Below are positions 24,501-33,500 of a stretch of DNA of 64,000 nucleotides, piece by piece. This DNA is from Monocercomonoides exilis PA203. Taxonomy: Eukaryota > Protista > Preaxostyla. The notes beneath the pieces are model-generated. The model worked only from the letters and a program-made list of their open reading frames with translations, was not told where the DNA came from and did not search any database. Position numbers and translations under genes: made by a program. The stretch covers positions 1,922,001 to 1,986,000 of the forward strand of contig LSRY02000007.1 in assembly GCA_001643675.2 (NCBI GenBank), written 5' to 3'. Position 1 is the stretch's first letter; each line of letters begins with the position of its first letter.

Positions 24501-27500
24501 ACGAAGAATTGGAGATTGGATCTGAGCCTTTTCCTTCTCGTGAAAATGCGAAAGATTCCTCACATGTATTAAATGATCATTTTACAACAGAAACAGATTC
24601 AATCCTTCCTCCGTTTCCGATGCATCCTCTCCCTCCTCTTTCAACGGTGTTTTTATTCTGTTCACCAACTCTAAATCTCTTATCCTCATTCTTGTACACT
24701 ATTATTTCCTTATTATTCAATAATCATGCTCGCTTAACATCATTCATTTTTCTCTTTGCAATTCTGAGAGATTTTGCATCTCTTGGCTCATTTGCATCGC
24801 TTCTTCTACTTTCATTACATTATCCTGCGACCATTGCAAGATTTGTTACAGGAAATAATTGTTTTTCATCTGTCTTTTTACAGCATCGTCAAAGGAATAA
24901 TTTTGCCGTGAAAGTTGATCAGTCAAATAAAGATTCTTTCGCACAAAAGAAGAATATAACTTGTTTTGATGAAGATGTTTTTGGATTGATGCCTAGTCAC
25001 TTTACAGAACAAGAATTATTAATGATCAATGAGAGAATATATGATAAAGACATCGAAAAAGATGAATGGCTTCAATGGATAAAAAAATATGTCGATGAAC
25101 TCAATTTTAGACTTCAGCAGAAAAAGAATCAACACATAGCAAGCGACAACCATGAAGCAAACTGTTCAACAGAAAGACTGATATCAAAGAAATCAAAACT
25201 TCCATTTTCTCCTTCGTCCGTGATTTCATCAAGCTCATCTGGAGAAAGAAATTCAGTTGCCTCAAAGACTCCTTCAGATGTTAAATCTTCATTTCTCCTT
25301 CGGGCTACATCAACGGATCATTCCCCAAATGTAACTTCTTCGCAGTATCATATGGATTCTAATTATTCTTCAACTACTTCAGGGATTGCTGAAAAGAAGA
25401 AAGTGATTGCAAGTACAACCACTTCTGAATATCTTAATCCATTTCCACTGTCATTTCTGTTTTCTCATGATGACGCGATTCAGCTGTCTTCTTCGTATTA
25501 TTCAAAAGAAAACGAAAAAGTCACAGAAGGAAAAACAGCAGCAGATTTGTTGTTAATGAGCGAACTGAATATTATCAATTCTTCATTGTGTTCAAATTGC
25601 ATTCCAACAACATCTTCTTCTCTCTCAAATCTTCAGCTCGTAGCGTATAACAGAGCTCCAACAGTTAGCATTGCATTTGAACTTGCCTGCTGGAAAATGA
25701 TGATAGAATCTGTTTTTGTCGTGTTGTATTTGACGAGTCAAGGTGTTCTGTTTCATGTGATAAAAGAAAGAAAACAAAGAAATGCCTTTTCTTTATATGA
25801 AACGAAATCAACTTTTCAAACAAATCAGCAGCAACGCAAAGCTAATTCATTAGCTTCAGCTTGTGAAAATGAGATTAAAAGTGATTATTCTTTGAACGAA
25901 CAGGATTGCTCCATGATTGATAAAATGAATACAATATTGGCACAATTAAGAATATTAAAGCTTCTGCAAAACGAATTTCAGATCAGTAATGAAGAGGCAT
26001 CAACGATCTTTGAATGGTACAACGCTGGAAGTTGTGCTGATAGATCTTCTGCGGCTGAGTCTTTACACTATCTCGAATCAAAATTATCTGATTATCACGA
26101 TTCCAATTCGAGAAGTGAACAAGAAGGCAATAATCTTGATTCATTTCTTTTCCCTCCACCAACAGCACCCTTTCAGAATGATCAATCACATTCTGCAAGA
26201 TGCACAATACTATTTCATTTAATGCTGAAAAATAATGTCTCCAGTTTTGAATCATCTACGTCTCCGTCCTCATCAATATCATGTCAGAGTTCAACTCCTT
26301 TATTGAACAACAAAGTTTCATCGCAAATTCAGAAAAGTACAACTGATCTTCAAAGTAAGCATGACTTCACAATGGATTTAACATCAGAAACTTGTTCCAC
26401 CAATATTCCTTCAGTTTCAGAATGCTTGTTCAATGGAATTAAAATTGTAATCACCAACCAACAATTTTTGATGGCAAGCATTCTTTATGGACAATCCGAG
26501 ACAATTGTAGCTTCTTCTTTAAAAATGTATTCCGAAATGGATCTGTTGGAGCTCAATTTTTCAAATGATAATTCTTCAAACTCTTTTTATAATTCATTAG
26601 AACAAAGACAAACATCCGATGATCCATCAATGAAAAAAGATTCTCAACAAGCGTTAACATCATTTTTCCCTGAGGCTAGTGCATCGTCAAAGCTTAATGG
26701 AAACAAAAGCATTGCTACTGATAGAAAGACAACTCCAACTGACTTGAAAAGCAATTACTCTCAAGATGAATTTAATGATAAAGGATCTTTTTCTGTTTTC
26801 TTAGATAAGAATGATCCCCCATCTTCCATTGAGACTGTTCTGAATTATATTCTGCTCCAGATAGATGCTGAAGGAACTCAAGAAAAGAAGCAAGAACCAA
26901 CTCAAACAGCGAGCACAACGCTTGCAGTTGTTCCTGATGAGCAGTTATCATCAATTGATCAGGTAAAACAAGCAACAATTTTGTCAAATAACGCTGAAGT
27001 GTCGTCTTTTTCTTTAACTGAACCTTCTGCAAATATCGCAACATCATTTGAGCATTCAGTAGATTCTATCCAAACAGCATCTCCTCCTCAACAATCTCAG
27101 CACTCTGACTCTACTATTTTGTTACTGCTATTCTTTTGGAAGTTAGTCCTCCTTTCTTTGCAAACGAGCGATTTAACTGAAAAAAGAGAATGGCTATGTG
27201 AATGTTTGCAGCTTTCGAGAAATTGCTCGTCAAAGGAACACTTATCTGGGCGTTCAGAAACACTTTCGAACAATCAAACTGTCATCTCTGTTGCCGAATG
27301 CCTTTCTCTGTCTTCAAGTTACTTTGCGCCATCTCCAGTTTTACAAGGGCAATTGGAACACATTCTGCAAACTCTTTTCCCAGTTTTTTCGCATTCCTCC
27401 CTTCGACAACCACATTATTTGTCCCTCTCTGATTGGATGGTAACAATCATATTTCGATATGTTTGCTTTATTTCGAGTGAAAAGTTTGGTACAACTACAA

Positions 27501-30500
27501 CTTTGGCTATGATTCATTCCTTATCGTCTGCAATATCGGCTTGCTCTCCTTTGAGGCGTTATGTCGCAACGGAATGCAGCAGCGAAATTGTTGATATTCT
27601 TCTGGGAGCAAACGACTGGAGAATACGCGAATCTGCTGGAAGACTGATACGAATGCTTGTGGTGGATGAACCATTTGGATGGAATCAAACGAAAATGTTC
27701 AGAAATAGCTATTTTTCTTGGTTAAAAGAATACATAAGAATAGAGAACGAAAATGCTTACGAAGATAACAAGAAAAATGAAAGAAAAGGTGCTTTATTAA
27801 ATGAAAACGAATCTGTGAAGACAGCTTCACAATCTTTAAATGCAAGTTCTAATGAATCTACGAGTGATTTGAACATATCTGAGTATATGAATGATTGTGC
27901 CTTTAGCAGTGAGTCGATTGACAGCGATCTTTCCATTAAAAAACAAAATATCACTTTTCGTTCAATTGTTGATACTTCTCTGTGTGTTGATCCAATGTTT
28001 GTTGCTTGCCATTTGATTCAACTTTGTCAGCAACAAAACGAATGCTTGCGCTGGCGTTTACAAAATAAAACTTTTGATTCTCTTCCATGTGTCCCTTGTA
28101 ATGATGCAAAGAGTGCGTTGGAAAATAGAACAAGTGTCGAAAACGAGAATTTATTAAGTTTAAGCAGTTCGGTTCGTTCATTTATACCTTATGTTTCTTT
28201 ATCAACTTTGCTTGAGTCGTTAGCTGATGAAGCAAGCAGCGCCCCTTCGACTTCTAGTAGTAGATCATCATTTTATCAACGTCCTCCATTTACTAAAGAT
28301 CAGATGGCAAAAGCTGAGAAAGGGTGGACGTGTGAAATAGCTAATTTTCCGATTGGAATTGTGCCAATACAGACAGAACTGTTTCTTGCCCATTCTGAAT
28401 CTAACTGCATAAAAAGTGTTGTGGATGATGAATTTCCAAAGAGTTGTGATTTGGAGTCCAAAAGCTATGACATTGAAACATCAAAAACAGATTTGGTGAA
28501 TTCTTTACCAAGTTTGTCTGCTCCATTTGAACATATTGATTATATCACTTTTGGGTTTTGCCCTTCTTCAAACTCAAGAAAATTATCTTCAACTTCTCGC
28601 TCTCGTATCATGCCTATATGGATTTCCAATGTATTTTTGCTTCTAAATACGAGCTTTGAAATTGCACGAGGAAATTGTGGCAATTCTTCTCCTATTCTAA
28701 ATGTGTCGAATGGAGATTATTTGAGTCCTGATTCACTTGTTCCAGACACAGCATTTGTTTCGGGTCTTGTTAGAGATTTATATCTTCAGTCATCCCAAAG
28801 AAAGAAAATTGACAATCAATATTCAAACAATGAAATTCGATGTCATTTGGGAAACATGGAAGCAGAGTATTGCATTCCACATTCTATGGATGTGTCACTT
28901 CCTTCTCCTCCTCCCTGTGTCACTCCTTCCCTTTTATGGCTGTACCATCATATGCAGCATACGAGCACCAAATCAAAAGAGCTGAAATGCGATAAATTTG
29001 AGTGTGACTCATTGTTTGATACTGACGATACCTTCCAAGTGAAAAGCATAACACAATTTAGCCCACAAACACATTCAAATCTTTGTGTTAATAAGGGTGA
29101 TTGGTCTTCAACAAATTCTCTAATTCATATTGACAAAGAAGCTCATCACAACATTCTTTCATTGATTATTTCAGCAGCCCCGGCTGCAGTTTCTCTGCTT
29201 AACGCGCATAATTCTCATCATCAATATCGCTCTAAAGAAATAAAGTCAATTGTGTCAACAGGAAAAAAGCTTAGTCAAGCTGAAGGAACATTAACATCTC
29301 CAATTCAGCGCAATAACGGAGAGAGCAAAGCTGAAGGGTCTTCTGCCTTTCTTCCTCCTTTGCATTCTCCATCAATATCATCCTCCTCTGATTCGACATC
29401 TTCATTGCTTCTTTCTTCACTTTTTACTCCTCCATCTGTTTCATATGAAATGAAAAATGCACATAAAGCTGAAACTTTGTTTGGCATAATCTCGTTTCTA
29501 TTATTTGATGAAAGTGATGTAAAAATATTATTTTCTACCAATTTTATCTCGACAATCACAGAATTCATTTTGAAGTCTCAGGAACAGTCAGTGAGAAAAG
29601 ATTATAATTTCGGTGTTCTTGCAGGGTTCAAGCTCCTTCAGAGAATACTAGAAAAAGCGAATGTTGCTTCCGTTCCAAGAGGAAAATTGGATGTTTTGAT
29701 GAAAGCTGAAAATATAATCTCTGTTGAAGATGAATTCCTTCAGATCATTCGAAAACAAGATGATATTAGCATTCATTCAAACTATAATGTGGAAATGAAA
29801 ATGATGAAGAGACTTCTTCAAAGATTGAATTCTTCTCTGGAGATTCTCAGTCATACAATATCTTATTCTAACGTGTTTTTGACATCAATGAACAAACAAA
29901 TACCTCAATTTTTTGCAACTTATCCACAGTTGACTTCGCTTCTTTTCAGTTTTGTGGTGTCTCACTGGCCATCTCGTAATCATTTTACAACACATATTTC
30001 TTTTTCATCGTCAATTTCGTTCAATTCCCCATATGCAGCTTATCCATATCCTCCTTCCTCACTGCAACAGCCTCCTCCTGTTTCTCCATTTGTTATCAAA
30101 GCACAAAAAAAGCACCATCATTTGTTTTCTGTTACTAAGCCATCTGGTAAAGCATCGTTGCCTCAGTCTGCCAATCCGTCATCTTCATCAGCTTCACTTT
30201 CTTATTTATTGCATCCACAACGGCTTGTGTTAGCTTCAGGCGAAGAGAATTCTGCTTCAACAAGTGAAAAGGACAATTCAAACCAACCAACTCCTTCATC
30301 TTTGCAAAAAGAAATTCAAGTGCAGTCCTTAAATACGCATTCCAATACAGACTTATTTGGTCATCTTTCTCCTTCTTCTATTTCTGAAGCTGTTCCATTT
30401 CCCACATTTTTCAGCGATGAAATGATGTCGCAGACAGTAAATTTTGTAACGACACTTTCTTTGACATTTTATCGTTCTCATTTAAACAACAGCCTTTTAT

Positions 30501-33500
30501 CTGTTCTTGATACGTTTCTAACGTCTCATTGGTTTTATTGGACTTGCGACAGATGCTTTACCAGATTCGTACCAATGACAACAGCATCGGCCACCCCTTC
30601 GAATCTGCCAAATTACTCTCTCTTCTTTTGGCCTCGTACAACTGCTGCACTAATCCGTTTTGCTGTTTCACTTACTCAATTAAAAATGACAAATGAAGGC
30701 AAACATTCCATTCAATCTGATTCCACTGCGATCCCACCAAAACAGACTTCTGGTCCTTCGTTTACTGTTAATTCAGCATCATATGTTGTTCGGCGGCGTC
30801 TTATGGTTATTCTTCTTGAGAGGCTCACTGTGTGGCAACCACATATTATCATTATTTTGCTTTCGTTGTGCCTTGTGGTACAGCCGCGCAATAGATATGA
30901 AGAGAGTGTCCTGTGGACGGGAGATTTAGAAACCCCACTTTTTTCACAAAAGGAAAAGAAGAAGGAACGCAAAAGAAAATCAAAGAAAGAAAAGAAAGAG
31001 GAAGAAGAAGATGATGATAATGAAGATGATGACGATTCAAATGATACTTCAAAAGAGCCCGCTGAGTCAGTTCAAGACTTGCATGCTGAAAGTGAAGGCT
31101 CTGGAAAGCAAAACGAATTCGACGATAACAGTTGTATAAGTCATTTGTATATGAAAGAAGAAGTTCTCCCAACAACTCGGTTTTTTTGGATGGGTGTTTC
31201 AGACGAAGAGCTGTCATTACTTTTACCACCAAGACTCTTCAGATGGTTGATGATAGTTTTGGGGAAGAAAGTGAAGAGGTTGGAGCTCTCCGAAGAATTT
31301 TTGAAGGAAAAAGATCAGAAACGAATCGCTGAAAAAGAGGAAGAAAAAGGAAAGAAGAAAGAAGAAAATGAAAGTGAACTTGAAAGCTTTAAAGACAAAT
31401 CGAAAATAATCGGAAAAACAAACCAAGATGTGAGTGAAACTTTTAAAAACGATGAATCAAAATACACTGAAGTTGATAAATTGCAGCAGAAAATATATAT
31501 TCAGCAGAAAAAAGGGGAAAATAAGCTTCTTTTCCAAATGCAAAACAATTCTCCATTTCCCATTCCATCAATCCTTGACTCCTATCATCTAAGCTTTGAC
31601 TTTTCTCACTTTCAGGCATTTGTGGATATGAAGTTTTCATCTTCTTCTTTTACTCCACGTTCAATATTTTTGCCGTTTAGAGCAAAGAATTCAAGTGAGC
31701 CATCAGATTCCGATAGTGCTGCTGGTGATTGTCAAACTTCAGCTCTTTTTTCATCAACTGTTCCTTCATCTCTCCCAATTAGTCGAACGTTTCCTTCGAG
31801 TTTTGCATCACTTTGCTATATTCCTTCTCACCCAGATTCAGTGTTCACGCTTATTCCATCTATAATTGCAGCAATCGTTGCGAATGTGACATGCAAAACT
31901 TCATTCTGGGGAAATGAGTCTCGTGTGATTAAAGATTGGTTTGAATACGGGGATGCTAAAGAAAGAGAAATAAAAAAGAAAATTTCGCAAACATCAGATA
32001 ATTTCGATGCAAAGAATAAAGAAATCTCAAATGAAGAAACAAAGAAGAAAAGCTTGGAAGATAAAGAAATACACATGAAAAAGGAAGAACCTATAAATTT
32101 CCAAAAAGTCGATAAAGAAAAGGTGAATGCTGCGCCAATTGTGTCAAAGCAAAAAAGAAGTACTTTTTCATCAATTCTTCCTTCCCCTCTTCGTTTATTT
32201 AAATATCCTTCAAAAAATACATCTTCTCCATTGATTTCGTCGACTTCATCGCCTGCTTTAGATTCATCGGCGAATATTGCTTCTTCGGGCTTGGTTTCAA
32301 TCGATAATTCTTCAAAACTGTTACCTTCCTTACCAAGCGCAGAATGCAAGACAGATGCAGTTGTTAATGTTAAAGATTTAACAAAGCAAACATCAGAAAT
32401 GGAAGCCAAACAACAGAAAAAAAAGAAAAAGAATGGAAAAGGTGCGTCTCATAAAAAGAGCGAAGCATATTTAAATCCGTCATATGCAAATGCATCAAAC
32501 TCTTTGCTTTTGCCAATCAGTGACAAATCTTTGTGCTCGCAGTTCACTTCTGCTGAATGGGTGCCAATTAAAGGGTCACGTTTAACAACTTCAAATAGCA
32601 TAGACTTTTCAATTTTGCTTCACTTGACACTTCCATGCTATCCATATTCGATTAGAACATATGCATTATCTTCGCTTTCAGCTCTTCTTCCTCTTTGGGA
32701 CGGTGGAGAATGTGTTGTTGTGGACAGTCTTCTTGCTTCTTTCGAAAATGGCGGAATTCGAATGAAGAGATTTAATGATTCAGCTTCAATGAAAAGCGAT
32801 GTGCTGAACGACGAAATGTATTCAGGCTTTTCCTTGAGTGAGTTGTTGGAAAAAGCGTCTTTGTTCCCAACATATTTTAACAAGATTTCATCAAACAGTG
32901 CATTAGAAAATGGAAAAGATAGCTATTCATCTCTGATTTCTAGAATGCTAAACAGAAAGAATTGGGGCATTTCAGAATTAGATTCATTTGCGGATCAACC
33001 TTACTACGAAACAACTACACAGCCTAATTATTTGTTTGCACAAACCAAACTCTTTCAATTTGAAATGAAGATGCAGCAGGAATATGATAAAGTGAAAAAA
33101 ACAAAGAAAGACAAAAACAAAGAAAAAGAGAGAGAAAGGAAAGAGAATGATAAAGAAATTGATTCCTTAATTGGACATTTCCGATTGGGAGAATGTGGTT
33201 TGGCGGAAACTGATACAACAACGCTTAATCCTATTATTTCGTTGGATAGAACAATAATTCCTGTATTTATTCGAAGAAAGAGCAAGCCATTTTCACCGAA
33301 ATCATTATCATCTTGGAGCGCTGTTCAAGATATTCTAAGCAAGGACGATGAAAACAATTCAGCATTCATTTCTATATCCCGTTTTCCGTATTTATTAACA
33401 GGAATACCAATGGCAACATTTATTCTTCCATCAGAAGTGGAATGCGAAACGGAAAGAGTGAATAATACGCTGTCAAATATTTACTCTTTTGCTTTATCAC